A DNA stretch of 56,972 nucleotides from a virus (lineage: Duplodnaviria > Caudoviricetes): positions 1 through 56,972 of IMG/VR virus record IMGVR_UViG_3300043654_000022; one strand, written 5' to 3'. Shown one piece after another: positions 44,936 through 54,150 of the stretch. The notes below the pieces were generated by a model. That model worked only from the letters and a program-made list of their open reading frames with translations, did no database searches and was not told where the DNA came from. The position numbers were made by a program, and so were the translations under genes. How positions within the stretch are numbered: position 1 is the first letter of the stretch; each line of letters begins with the position of its first letter.

Positions 44936-44969
44936 GCACTATTTTAGGGAATTATATACATGACTCCCT

Positions 44970-45071
44970 TCAACCTTTCCGCTTCCGTTTTCGGGCACGT
45001 TTCTTCCCTTTCTTGGGTTTGTACTGGAGAACCTTGTCCACCAGTTTCTCTAGCTCTTTCGGCGGCTTCAT
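44970..45071 (-). CDS. 33-aa basic peptide coupled to the transposase
   Basis: ATGA overlap; MKPPKELEKLVDKVLQYKPKKGKKRARKRKRKG. Confidence 0.55.
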   Translation of the reverse strand: MKPPKELEKLVDKVLQYKPKKGKKRARKRKRKG

Positions 45072-45982
45072 GCGGTCAACCTCTTGTAAGTGATTCGCTT
45101 TCTCGCGGTAGCGTCTACGAGACTGGCGAGGCGGTCTAAGGTATGGCGTTCAACACGTCCAGCATTCAAACGGAACGTAAATTCGTTGACGTAGCGGCCA
45201 AGATGCTTGCGGCTGGCACGGTGATAGACGCCATGCATCTCGCGCTTCATCACAGCCCAAACGGACTCAATCCCGTTCGTGCTCACGTCTCCGCGAACGT
45301 ACACGCCGTCTCTGTGGTTCACGGATTCATGCTTGTAGCCGTTGGTAAGTCCGATATAGCTACGGTGTTCGTCAGTCAGGAGCCGAGAGCCGGGAAGTAC
45401 GTTCTCCGCAATCGTGCCTTGAATCGTCGCGCTGTCGTTTCGGTCAATCGGCATCGCAGTGGTGCGACCGCCGCGTTCCCGCATTCCAATTACAGCGACC
45501 TTGCCGACCGCTCCGCGTCCTTCGTTGAGTTTCTTATTCTTGTGTTTGTTGCGCTCCAAGCCGCCAAAGAAGGTTTCGTCTACCTCAATCGTGCCTTGCA
45601 GAACATCGGTGTCGTTCCCGCAAGCCTCGCGGAGCCGCTGCAAGACGAACCATGCGGACTTCTGAGTAATCCCAATCTGTTTAGCCAGTTGCAAGGAAGA
45701 GACGCCCTTACGGGCCGTCAGGAGCATGTACATGGCGTAAATCCATTTGTGCAAAGGAACGTGCGACCGCTCGAATATCGTGCCAGTGCGAACGGTAAAG
45801 TCCAACTTGCAGGCGTTGCACCGATAGAAACCCTCTTTGCGTGCCGTGATTCGCTCGCCAGAGTTGCACGTTGGACACTTCACGCCATCTTTCCAGAGAC
45901 GGGATTCGAGGTACTTGCGAGCCGTTTCCACGTCAGGGAACAACTTGAAGAGTTGGAAGGTGCTGATAGTAGAACGGCTCAT
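45068..45982 (-). CDS. IS1595-family DDE transposase
   Basis: Zn ribbon CPTC/CNAC, EVDET, TDE..SY, NH, TNGIESVW, Y..EF.FR.N. Confidence 0.95.
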   Translation of the reverse strand: MSRSTISTFQLFKLFPDVETARKYLESRLWKDGVKCPTCNSGERITARKEGFYRCNACKLDFTVRTGTIFERSHVPLHKWIYAMYMLLTARKGVSSLQLAKQIGITQKSAWFVLQRLREACGNDTDVLQGTIEVDETFFGGLERNKHKNKKLNEGRGAVGKVAVIGMRERGGRTTAMPIDRNDSATIQGTIAENVLPGSRLLTDEHRSYIGLTNGYKHESVNHRDGVYVRGDVSTNGIESVWAVMKREMHGVYHRASRKHLGRYVNEFTFRLNAGRVERHTLDRLASLVDATARKRITYKRLTA

Positions 45983-46299
45983 GGTTTCTGCCTGCTCTTC
46001 GCCAGTAACTTTTCCACGGTTCTTGTGGCGTTATCGACGCCTTTTTGCCACCCACGACGAGGGAAGGACATTCTGAATTGTTCCCGCAAACGGGCCTTAA
46101 CTCGCCATAGAATTTCCGCTGTGCGGGTTTTGGGGTTTCCTAGAAAGTACGCATGGTCATAGTCTTGAATGTCTTCCATACACTCTTCTCCGCAGATAGA
46201 CTTTCCGTCTGCTCGTTGATAAGTCATCATGCCCACCCAAATCCCACCACCGCAGACGTGACAGTTAAGCGGGAGCGAAGTTCTGCCGAGTTCAATCAT
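45979..46299 (-). CDS. IS passenger hypothetical protein
   Basis: ATGA coupling at both ends; CxxC...CxxxC. Confidence 0.6.
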   Translation of the reverse strand: MIELGRTSLPLNCHVCGGGIWVGMMTYQRADGKSICGEECMEDIQDYDHAYFLGNPKTRTAEILWRVKARLREQFRMSFPRRGWQKGVDNATRTVEKLLAKSRQKP

Positions 46300-46499
46300 C
46301 GGGGATACCTCCGCTTCAGTTCCCGCATTGCTCGGCAATGGCGGCAGACGCGCTCCAAGGGAAGCAAAGTACGGCCCCAGCATTTGGCAACGCTATTGTC
46401 CTTAAACTCTGGACTGGAGCACGACTCTTTGGCAACGATTTCACCCAATTCGGCGTCGCTGAGTTCCTCGATTTCTTTTATTTGTGGCTTGGCTATCAT
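46296..46499 (-). CDS. IS passenger Cys-containing protein
   Basis: AGGAG SD below promoter TTGACT-17-TACTAT that overlaps the inner IR. Confidence 0.65.
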   Translation of the reverse strand: MIAKPQIKEIEELSDAELGEIVAKESCSSPEFKDNSVAKCWGRTLLPLERVCRHCRAMRELKRRYPR

Positions 46500-46574
46500 A
46501 GGTGGCTCTCCTTTGAGCCTGCCTAATAGTACCTTACTCCCTCACGGGAGTCAAGTATATAATTCCCCAAGTAA

Positions 46575-47018
46575 TCATTGGCGACCGCTTTTCGTTTGGT
46601 CATCCCAATAAGCCGCTGACATTCCGTTTTCGTTCAGGAGAACAGCACGGGCACCGAAAATGGGTTTCGCTAATTCTTGAACCCACTTATTCATCACGAC
46701 TGCCATGAAAGTAGAATCGTTGTGAGGGTTGTAATGAATCTTCACAGGCAGGTCTTTGCCGTTTTCGTCTATACCCATTGCACCTTTTCTACCAGTCAAT
46801 ATCCCGATGGCGAAGGCGTGAACATTCTTTCGGTCTTCAAGTAACACGCGCTGCCTTCCGCTTTCTCGAACTTTGAAAGTCACATCCTTGAGAATAAGGC
46901 GATGACGGTAGCCAACCACTCGCCCGTTCTGCATAAGAGAGTAAAGCGGACGGGCACTACGACCGTGCTTCAGGTTGCGATAAACCCAAACAGGTTTATT
47001 CATGTCAATCTTATGCAT
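46575..47018 (-). CDS. conserved phage-type protein (VYRNL..YS...GRV...F.V...GR.RV....KNVHAF)
   Basis: recognisable phage motif; GGAG SD. Confidence 0.7.
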   Translation of the reverse strand: MHKIDMNKPVWVYRNLKHGRSARPLYSLMQNGRVVGYRHRLILKDVTFKVRESGRQRVLLEDRKNVHAFAIGILTGRKGAMGIDENGKDLPVKIHYNPHNDSTFMAVVMNKWVQELAKPIFGARAVLLNENGMSAAYWDDQTKSGRQ

Positions 47019-47301
47019 TGGTAGTCTCCACTTTCCGCAATCCGTCTGTTCCGGCTGCTTTCTCGGCTCCGCGCTTCGTCTTGTAGACTTTGACGGCCCA
47101 TGCTCCCGGTCCAGTGTGAATCCCTTCAGCGTGATACTCGCCATCGGTGCAAAGAACCAATGCCGAATTGATTGTGCTCCGAACGATGAACTGCTCGGTC
47201 GGCATCGGAAGTGACCGCATCCTAATCAATTTGCAGCGACGGCAGTTAGGCACGCACTTGCAAGTGATTGGGTCTAAGGTGTGCATATCTTTCTTATTCA
47301 T
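47011..47301 (-). CDS. hypothetical protein
   Basis: GGAGG SD; promoter TTGACT-17-TACACT upstream. Confidence 0.55.
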   Translation of the reverse strand: MNKKDMHTLDPITCKCVPNCRRCKLIRMRSLPMPTEQFIVRSTINSALVLCTDGEYHAEGIHTGPGAWAVKVYKTKRGAEKAAGTDGLRKVETTNA

Positions 47302-47495
47302 GTGTATTGCCTCCACTAGAGACAGTGTACATTACTACCTCAAGGGAGTCAAGTACTTTCTCAAACTATTTCGTACTAGTACCGCACTGAAAACACAGGG
47401 TTTATAAGTCCTTTGTTTTCATGTGGTAGTTAGCTATATAATTCCCCTATTTTACAGCACCTTGGTGGGAACGTCGCCGCCCTTACCCGCCAGCA

Positions 47496-48014
47496 TTATT
47501 TACCTGTGTAAAAGTCGATATTGATATAGCGAAAAGCACCCATCGCATCGAGAGTCAACATACACGTCTGCCACGGCTTGCTGTGGTCGTATGCGAGTTG
47601 ACTCATCATTTCGGGGCGGTCTTTTTCCAGCATCCTCGTCCAAACTCGAACGTGACACATCTCGTGAACCATTACGCTTTCAGCGGTTCGAGGTGCGGCA
47701 GTATAATGGGGATTGAAGCGCATCACACAGTTCTGGCCGACGCTATCGCACTGTGTGTCTGCCATATTGAAGCCGCCCAAATCGTTAGAAATTTTCGTGT
47801 CTTTCGGCAGCTTATTGTCGAAATACGAATCGTTGTAGCTTGTGTAAAGCCTTTGCAAATATGCCTCGTCGGTGTCACCAATTGGCGGGCTCGGCTCGAT
47901 GAAGATTACTCCGGTGGAGAATACTGGTGGCTCCTTTGAGCACCCGGACAACCACGAAAAGAGCAAAGCCAACAAAATCGTCAGTAGAACTTTCTCTCTG
48001 ATTGTGAGGTGCAT
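47496..48014 (-). CDS. SprT-like zinc metalloprotease lipoprotein
   Basis: lipobox LSGC; YN..YF...LP; HEMCH; H..PW. Confidence 0.8.
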   Translation of the reverse strand: MHLTIREKVLLTILLALLFSWLSGCSKEPPVFSTGVIFIEPSPPIGDTDEAYLQRLYTSYNDSYFDNKLPKDTKISNDLGGFNMADTQCDSVGQNCVMRFNPHYTAAPRTAESVMVHEMCHVRVWTRMLEKDRPEMMSQLAYDHSKPWQTCMLTLDAMGAFRYINIDFYTGK

Positions 48015-48326
48015 CTAGTCTTTCTCCTCTGTAATTTCATCGTCGCTTAAGCGAATGATATCTATGTGGTCAAATGTAGCAGATTCCGGGGGAACTGTCA
48101 AGTCTAAAATGTCGGTGGGCACAAGTTCTCCTGCCACCAATATCGGCGAGTCCTCCACTAGCACCTCATTCAAAGGCTTGATGAGGACCCAAAGAGCGGG
48201 GTTGTCTTCGCTCTCCATGTAGACCTCTGCCCGCTCGTGGTTGAATTTCTGGGGCAGCCTCTCGTCGAACTTCAAGACGATTCGAACGTCGTCGATATTG
48301 CCGCCGGGCTGGAATGCGAGAATCAT
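48015..48326 (-). CDS. acidic hypothetical protein
   Basis: coupled ORF. Confidence 0.6.
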   Translation of the reverse strand: MILAFQPGGNIDDVRIVLKFDERLPQKFNHERAEVYMESEDNPALWVLIKPLNEVLVEDSPILVAGELVPTDILDLTVPPESATFDHIDIIRLSDDEITEEKD

Positions 48327-48490
48327 TGTCTGTCATCCTTGTACGGCTTTGCAACCGTCTCAAAAACTTCCGCAAGATATCGCACCTTTTCACCTGTCGC
48401 CAGTATGGTGATGTCGTAGAAGCCACCACCCTCTGACTTGGTGGCCTCCACGACAATCCCGGCGACGAGGTACTGGTTACTTTTTTCCAT
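48323..48490 (-). CDS. small protein (55 aa, not in ORF track)
   Basis: fills the gap exactly; ATGA coupling. Confidence 0.55.
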   Translation of the reverse strand: MEKSNQYLVAGIVVEATKSEGGGFYDITILATGEKVRYLAEVFETVAKPYKDDRQ

Positions 48491-49808
48491 CGCTCAACCC
48501 CTTAACACAAACGAGTTGCTTAATTGCGAGCACTGGCTCAACAAGGTCACTTTGACTCGCCATAACGTCATCAATCGGCTTGTAAGCCCCCGGCGTCTCG
48601 TCAAGCACGCTGAGGGTCTTGTCGCAGTAGACGCCAAACGTTGCCGCTTGGTGGTCGGCTACTGTGAACTCTTTCAAAGCCTGCGTTCGGCTCATCGCGC
48701 GACCCGCGCCGTGGGAGCAAGAGTTGAATGAATCCTTAGAGCCGAGTCCGCGGGCGATGTACGTCTTAGCGCCCATCGAACCGGGAATGATTACCCAATT
48801 ACCTTTCGATGCGTCCACCGCCCCCTTGCGGGTCAAGATGGTGTCGCCCAAGATACTCGCGTAGTTGTGGTGCATGTGAATCACCGATGGCGCATTCAAA
48901 TCCATGTACCCGTCTTGTGTTGCGCCGATTGCCGTCAATACGCGCTGCATCATAATCTCGCGATTAATCCACGCGAACTCTTGCGCGAGTTTGACCGCGC
49001 TGAGATAGTCGTTGTATTCTGGTGTGTCCTTCGGCAGGTAGCCGAGGTCCTTGTTCGGAAGCTGAACTCCCCACTTCTTGCATAATTCCCCAGCTAATTT
49101 GGTGAAGTATGTACCGATGCGATTACCAAATCCGCGCGAACCTGAGTGAATCACAACCCAGAGGTTCGAATCAGGGTTGTCGATTTCAGCGCAAACTTCA
49201 ATGAAGTGATTTCCGGTGCCGAGCGTACCCAAGTGGCGCTCCGCGTTCTTCGAAAGTGCGCCCGGATGACGGGTGAATATGGATTCTGGATGCTCCCGAG
49301 AACCAAGCAGAGAATGCACGCCCGTTACTCGGCTATCAAAATTTTCACGCCAAATCTCTTGAATGTCCGATGGCACTTCGCCCCATGCGCCGCGGTCACC
49401 CAGCCCGCCGTCGTTGGTGCGCCCGTGCGGCACCGCAGTTGAGATATAAGAGAAAAATTTAGCTTCCACGCTTGCGTGACCGCCTGATTGGTACTCGTCA
49501 TCAAGTTCATCAAGACGCAGGTTGGTTCGAACTGCCATCATGCCGCAGCCGATGTCCACACCGACCGCTGCGGGCATCACAGCGCCCACCGTGGGGATAA
49601 CGGACCCAATAGTTGCGCCCATGCCCCAATGCGTGTCCGGCATAGCAGCCACGTACGGCTTCACGAACGGCATTGAGGCGACCTCGTCAAGCTGCTTCAA
49701 AGCCGCGTCTTCAATCGTGACGTGCTTGTTCCACAACTTGATTAGTTTGTTGCCCACCGCTCGGGTGTTGTAGTTCTTTTGAACCATCTTTTCCTTTGGC
49801 AAATTCAT
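48477..49808 (-). CDS. rtcB: RNA-splicing/repair ligase RtcB
   Basis: MPD.H.G.G..IG, GVDIGCG, GTLG.GNHF.E, HSGSRG, HHNY, RKGA, IIPGSMG, SHGAGR, DE.PGAYK. Confidence 0.96.
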   Translation of the reverse strand: MNLPKEKMVQKNYNTRAVGNKLIKLWNKHVTIEDAALKQLDEVASMPFVKPYVAAMPDTHWGMGATIGSVIPTVGAVMPAAVGVDIGCGMMAVRTNLRLDELDDEYQSGGHASVEAKFFSYISTAVPHGRTNDGGLGDRGAWGEVPSDIQEIWRENFDSRVTGVHSLLGSREHPESIFTRHPGALSKNAERHLGTLGTGNHFIEVCAEIDNPDSNLWVVIHSGSRGFGNRIGTYFTKLAGELCKKWGVQLPNKDLGYLPKDTPEYNDYLSAVKLAQEFAWINREIMMQRVLTAIGATQDGYMDLNAPSVIHMHHNYASILGDTILTRKGAVDASKGNWVIIPGSMGAKTYIARGLGSKDSFNSCSHGAGRAMSRTQALKEFTVADHQAATFGVYCDKTLSVLDETPGAYKPIDDVMASQSDLVEPVLAIKQLVCVKGLSDGKK

Positions 49809-50068
49809 CGTTCCTCTTCATCAATCTGATGTAGGCTCATCAAATCCAAAAAGTCGTCTACATAGTAAGCCGCATCATCGTATGTCGAAAGAGCGTTCTC
49901 TCGAATCAAGATAAAATCGCCCAACGTATAGTTGGTTTCGAATCCACTGCCCTCGGAGAGTTCTTTCAAGTTCGTCAATTCCTGCACCGCTTCCGCTGGC
50001 GTGAGAATGCCATCTTGTGTCATCTCGATTATGTTCAACAACCCGGCTTGCGCTTCTTGAACTGTCAA
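49805..50068 (-). CDS. acidic hypothetical protein
   Basis: TTG after CAGGAG; promoter-like TTGACA upstream. Confidence 0.6.
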   Translation of the reverse strand: MTVQEAQAGLLNIIEMTQDGILTPAEAVQELTNLKELSEGSGFETNYTLGDFILIRENALSTYDDAAYYVDDFLDLMSLHQIDEEER

Positions 50069-50205
50069 TTCGGTCTCCTGAATAACAAGGTCAGCCTATC
50101 ATACCATGTGCCGATTGTCAAGAACAAAATTTGCGGGTCGCCGCCCAGAACGACCCAGCCGATGAGGGCCGGGATTCCGTGAATCGGACAAAATAATTCA
50201 AACAT

Positions 50206-50586
50206 TTACCACCCCGGATTCATCGTGCTGGTTGCACGCGGGTTAAACTGGTCCTCGCGGAGTTTCGGGTCCGCGGCGGTGCGGGTATTGTCGAGCACGG
50301 CCAACAGAATCGTGCTGAAAGCAATAGTGAGCCCGGCCACAGGGACCGGACGGCGACGCCCGGCTTCCTTCGCATGTTCCCGCTTCACGGCCTTCTTCAA
50401 CTCGCTGCGAAGTTGACGGTGAGACATCGTGCGCACATTCTTGCCATACAGTTCAACGCGCTCTTGTTCCGCCTTCGCTTCCGCCTCCAACTGCTCCCGT
50501 ACAGCCTTCGCCGCGGCAATCTGCTCCGGAGTCTGGCTCGGTACGGTGGTCTTCTGGCGCTTTTGGTTTGGCTTCTTGTCGCTCAT
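50206..50586 (-). CDS. hypothetical protein
   Basis: GGGAG SD. Confidence 0.65.
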   Translation of the reverse strand: MSDKKPNQKRQKTTVPSQTPEQIAAAKAVREQLEAEAKAEQERVELYGKNVRTMSHRQLRSELKKAVKREHAKEAGRRRPVPVAGLTIAFSTILLAVLDNTRTAADPKLREDQFNPRATSTMNPGW

Positions 50587-50837
50587 GCTAGTACTCTCCC
50601 GTCTAAGATAACTTCTCGAAATTTACCATCCTTGCACTTCCACATCCACTTCCCGGCGTCCTCGAAATACACCGCCTTGTGGCGGCACACGTAACAACCG
50701 CCGCAGCGGGAGCAGATAAAATTGAAGCGCTCCACGCTGTTTTTATCTGTCCACGTTTGGCGACAATCGTGTTTAAAGTTCGCTACGATGTTTCCCCTCA
50801 TACCACACCGTTGGATGTGGCTCCACTTCAACACCAA
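50583..50837 (-). CDS. small Cys-rich protein, start uncertain
   Basis: CxxC..CxxC; ATGA coupling at end. Confidence 0.4.
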   Translation of the reverse strand: MVLKWSHIQRCGMRGNIVANFKHDCRQTWTDKNSVERFNFICSRCGGCYVCRHKAVYFEDAGKWMWKCKDGKFREVILDGRVLA

Positions 50838-51108
50838 TTACGCGGAGGCGGGCAACGTCTATTACAAGATTGGGGCAGGTTGGCTCAAAGGACTTCGCGA
50901 TTCGAAGGTCGTGAGCGAAGACCGGGCGACCTGATGGCTTGAACCCGCAAAAGTAGTTGGGAGATTCCGCGCGCTTCAAAGCAACGAAGGTTGCGGATAG
51001 TGACATCGAGACAGGGACGGTTTCCACCCGCTCTTCTCGATATGCGGTGCCGCGCTCCATAGCCTTCAAGAAGTCGGCGGCAACCTTGTGGACATCTTCG
51101 TTATACAT
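50773..51108 (-). CDS. hypothetical protein
   Basis: AAGGA SD. Confidence 0.6.
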   Translation of the reverse strand: MYNEDVHKVAADFLKAMERGTAYREERVETVPVSMSLSATFVALKRAESPNYFCGFKPSGRPVFAHDLRIAKSFEPTCPNLVIDVARLRVIGVEVEPHPTVWYEGKHRSEL

Positions 51109-51176
51109 GGTTCCTTTCTAATAGATTCCGATGCTATTGTCAAGCACAAAATAGGGGGCCTTTCGACCCCCTACTA

Positions 51177-51869
51177 TTACTTGCCGCTGACGCACTCTTC
51201 CAAGGTCACGCCGGACTTCGCCACTTCTGGCAAAGAGAGGATAACCTTGCAAGCTGCGACTTTGGAGCCGATGGCTGCCAGCAAACGCGCATCTTCGCGC
51301 GCTTCGCAGCCCTTGTCAATCTTGCCGCCGCCCAACGACACGCCGAAGCCTGCCGCCTGACCTGCGCCGCTGTACGACTTGAAACATGGAACCGTGGGGA
51401 ACGTCTCCGGGGCAACCGCGCTGGCTGTTTGACGCACGTCTTGAAACGAGGTGCTTTGTGCGTTCGACTGCGGGCCGTTAGATGCCGAGGAGTTGGAGGT
51501 GCTGGAAGCAGAGCCGCCGTTCGCCGTCTGAGACTGCGAGGCGTTCGAGGTGCTCTTGCTGCTATTCGAGTTCGTATTCTCATTCGCGTTGGCGTTCACG
51601 TTCGTGTTGTGGACGTTGGTCTTCACGCTGTTGAGAACCGAGGTGAGATTATCGTTGGTCACATTGACCGTGCTGGACCCGCCGTTCGCAGTTCCACCAG
51701 TGCCGCCGCTTCCACCGTTACCGCCGTTGCCGCCCGGATTGCCGCCGTTCTTCTGACAGGCCGGGGTGCCTTTGCCTTTATCTTTGCCATTTCCACAGTC
51801 ATTAGCGAGCGCAGCGCTGGCGAGACCGAGGAAGAGCAAGGCCAAAACTACTGCCTTCATTAGTTTCAT
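51177..51869 (-). CDS. secreted Asn/Gly/Ser-rich protein with Cys-containing C-domain
   Basis: signal peptide ending ALA; low-complexity linker; terminator-like hairpin near 51150-51172. Confidence 0.75.
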   Translation of the reverse strand: MKLMKAVVLALLFLGLASAALANDCGNGKDKGKGTPACQKNGGNPGGNGGNGGSGGTGGTANGGSSTVNVTNDNLTSVLNSVKTNVHNTNVNANANENTNSNSSKSTSNASQSQTANGGSASSTSNSSASNGPQSNAQSTSFQDVRQTASAVAPETFPTVPCFKSYSGAGQAAGFGVSLGGGKIDKGCEAREDARLLAAIGSKVAACKVILSLPEVAKSGVTLEECVSGK

Positions 51870-51911
51870 TGTTTCCTTTTCGGGGGCTGGTAGCCCGCAT
51901 TCTGAAATATC

Positions 51912-52451
51912 CTAGCACACTTCGGTGGTGTTGTCAAGCACTGTTTTCTGGTCCCACATGCAGCACGGTTTTTGTCCCTCTGCGTACTCGTAAAAGTATA
52001 CAGGGGTCCCGCAAATAAAGCAAGTGGTTTCTGGTGGAGGGGGTTTGATGAACGGGTTGGTACTTTCGAAGGGCTTCGGCGTAATTTTGATGCAGACGCA
52101 TTGCAGAACCTCGTCAAAGTACTCGTCCGGCTTCATCGAGTCTTGCTTGTCGAGTTTCAACTTCTTCTTGAGTTCTTTTTTGTGTTGAACTAGGAGAGCC
52201 TTGGTTGCGGCGTTGCGGTCCTCGACCTCTTTCAGTCGAGTGTACTCGGCGCGCGCCTCCGGGGAAATAGTGAGAGTGGCGGGGCGATTCTCTCGTAGCT
52301 TGGTGAGCGGTGCTGCCTTAATGGAATACCAAACCCACGCTGGCGGCCCGTCCGTCTTAAAGCCAGCCGCCTTCACGGCTGCTAGGTCGCCTTGGAAGTC
52401 AGAGAATTCTGCCTCAAAACGCTGAAACGAGGTGTTCCAACGGAGGTTCAA
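51912..52451 (-). CDS. hypothetical protein (VKAAGF..W.W motif, C-terminal Cys cluster)
   Basis: coupled to upstream glycosyltransferase. Confidence 0.65.
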   Translation of the reverse strand: MNLRWNTSFQRFEAEFSDFQGDLAAVKAAGFKTDGPPAWVWYSIKAAPLTKLRENRPATLTISPEARAEYTRLKEVEDRNAATKALLVQHKKELKKKLKLDKQDSMKPDEYFDEVLQCVCIKITPKPFESTNPFIKPPPPETTCFICGTPVYFYEYAEGQKPCCMWDQKTVLDNTTEVC

Positions 52452-53206
52452 TCAAAGCCCCACTTAGATTGTGCCACGTATGCTTTTTCCCAGCGATCTC
52501 GACGGTCGCATCCTATTACTAATTCGCCTTGTGTTCTGGGGTTACGAAGTCGAACTCGGTCCCGAAGTTGTGCGATCTTCTCATCTAACGTCCCTAGTGG
52601 TTTGAACTCCCCGAGATTGACACCCGCCACATTGAGGTCATGTGATCGCGGCATTGTGGGGAATATAGACAGCAACTTTTCCTTAATGAGCCTCTTCTGC
52701 GCCAACTCTTCGAAGTGCTGATGATACTCGTGCCCCTGATTCAGTATGTTGCGCAGATTCTTTCCCGACATGCAGCAGCCGCGAATGAGGGAATCGGAGT
52801 GTGACAGACCGACTTCGGCAGGATTATCGGACGGAGGAAAAGACCAACTTTCTCCGCAAGAGATAAACGGCTCAAATTGCGCTTGCGCTTGCTGGTGCCA
52901 CCGAATGAAATCTGGCTCCACAATTTGGTCGTCTTCTATCGCGTATATAAACTCACGACTAGATGCGTCATGGAGGCACCGGTAAATGTTGTCCCAGTTT
53001 TGCTTGCAGTTGTGTCTCTGGATGTAGGGGAAGTTGAAACGACGAAGGACTTCTTTAATCTCGGTTTCGATGCGGTCTGGTCTAGGACGGGCATCTTCAG
53101 AGACTATCACTTCTGTATTTCTTAAATCAGTCCTCGCGATGTGCTCCAAACACACCGCGAGGCATTCTGGCCTATTGTAGGCTGTTACTATCAACAAGTC
53201 TCTCAC
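52448..53206 (-). CDS. GT-A fold glycosyltransferase
   Basis: TAYNRPE.L..CL, YAIEDD..V.PDF..WH; paralog of 41807-42604. Confidence 0.75.
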   Translation of the reverse strand: MRDLLIVTAYNRPECLAVCLEHIARTDLRNTEVIVSEDARPRPDRIETEIKEVLRRFNFPYIQRHNCKQNWDNIYRCLHDASSREFIYAIEDDQIVEPDFIRWHQQAQAQFEPFISCGESWSFPPSDNPAEVGLSHSDSLIRGCCMSGKNLRNILNQGHEYHQHFEELAQKRLIKEKLLSIFPTMPRSHDLNVAGVNLGEFKPLGTLDEKIAQLRDRVRLRNPRTQGELVIGCDRRDRWEKAYVAQSKWGFD

Positions 53207-53498
53207 GGATTGAGAGTCCAAGTTGCGCTGCTTTCAATTGTTGGATCCATATCGGCATTCTCTTTCGCGAGTTGGTCAAACGACGCACTGAAAACGGCCC
53301 ACTGTTCTTGAATCTGGCTCGCGATCAAGTGGGCTGTTGGGTCCTCATTTGACTTCTCCGCAGACTTCGTGACCATATTCTCGATCTGTCCCTCAATCCA
53401 CCCTTAAAACCGGCGGCCTTAACGCGCGGCTGCTCATCTTGGAAGTCTTGGAATTGCACTTCAAAGCGGCGCTGCTCGGGATTCCAGTTAAGGTTCAT
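53203..53498 (-). pseudogene. out-of-frame chimera of two neighbouring gene paralogs
   Basis: MNLNWN..RFE..F.DFQ....VKAAGFK joined to GWIEGQI...QIQEQW...D.L..EN.D in another frame. Confidence 0.65.
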
Positions 53499-53549
53499 TT
53501 TTCTAGGCCTTGAAGCTGTTTTCGCTCTTAAAGTTTACTTTTCTAGGCC

Positions 53550-53771
53550 TTATCGTAAAGCTTCTTGAGCCGAGACCAGCTTGATTCGCAGGTCTCGATT
53601 CTCTCGAATGAGCTCATCTATCGTGGTGTCTACAATCTTCCACTGCTCTTCCAATTGCGTGGCCATCACTTTCTGACCCTCGGAGCCAGCCATCGACTTC
53701 TCAATCAAGTCGGCGATTTGTCCCCCGACCCAGCCTTGTGCGTAAACTGCGTTGTCAATCGAATATGTCAT
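53550..53771 (-). CDS. small coiled-coil protein
   Basis: TAATG coupling. Confidence 0.65.
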   Translation of the reverse strand: MTYSIDNAVYAQGWVGGQIADLIEKSMAGSEGQKVMATQLEEQWKIVDTTIDELIRENRDLRIKLVSAQEALR

Positions 53772-54142
53772 TACGTGATTCCCCCCAAACCCATATTGCG
53801 ACGGCGGTCAGCGTTCGCTTTTGCCTCTTTCTCATCGAGCTCTTTGAAATAATTCATGCTGTATAGTTTGTGATTGGCGTACAGCGAGTGCCACATATCG
53901 TAGCAAACACTGCACACGCGGTGAACCTTGGAAGAGTACACATTCTTCGCGCAATAGCAAGCCAGGTCTCCGCACTCGAAAACGAGCTCCTTGATTGCCG
54001 CCTCGTCGCTCACCTTAATAACTTGCCCGCACTTTTTGCAGCGGCCAATCAAGATACGGCGCGCCAAATCATGGTTCCGAACATTTTTGAAAATTATGGC
54101 GCTCGTCTCGGGATGCTTTTCATCCGGCGTCCACTCTATCAT
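53771..54142 (-). CDS. Cys-rich hypothetical protein
   Basis: GGGGAG SD; three CxxC. Confidence 0.6.
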   Translation of the reverse strand: MIEWTPDEKHPETSAIIFKNVRNHDLARRILIGRCKKCGQVIKVSDEAAIKELVFECGDLACYCAKNVYSSKVHRVCSVCYDMWHSLYANHKLYSMNYFKELDEKEAKANADRRRNMGLGGIT

Positions 54143-54150
54143 GGCTCCCC

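Larger units (their letters stand above)
44947..47446 (-). mobile_element. IS1595-family element with passenger genes
   Basis: terminal IRs gggaattatata..; 8-bp direct repeat ctatttta at 44939-44946 and 47447-47454; extra internal IR at 46546-46567. Confidence 0.85.

Noticed and set aside
45143-46162. 339-aa plus-strand ORF
   Set aside because: Antisense shadow of the IS1595 transposase
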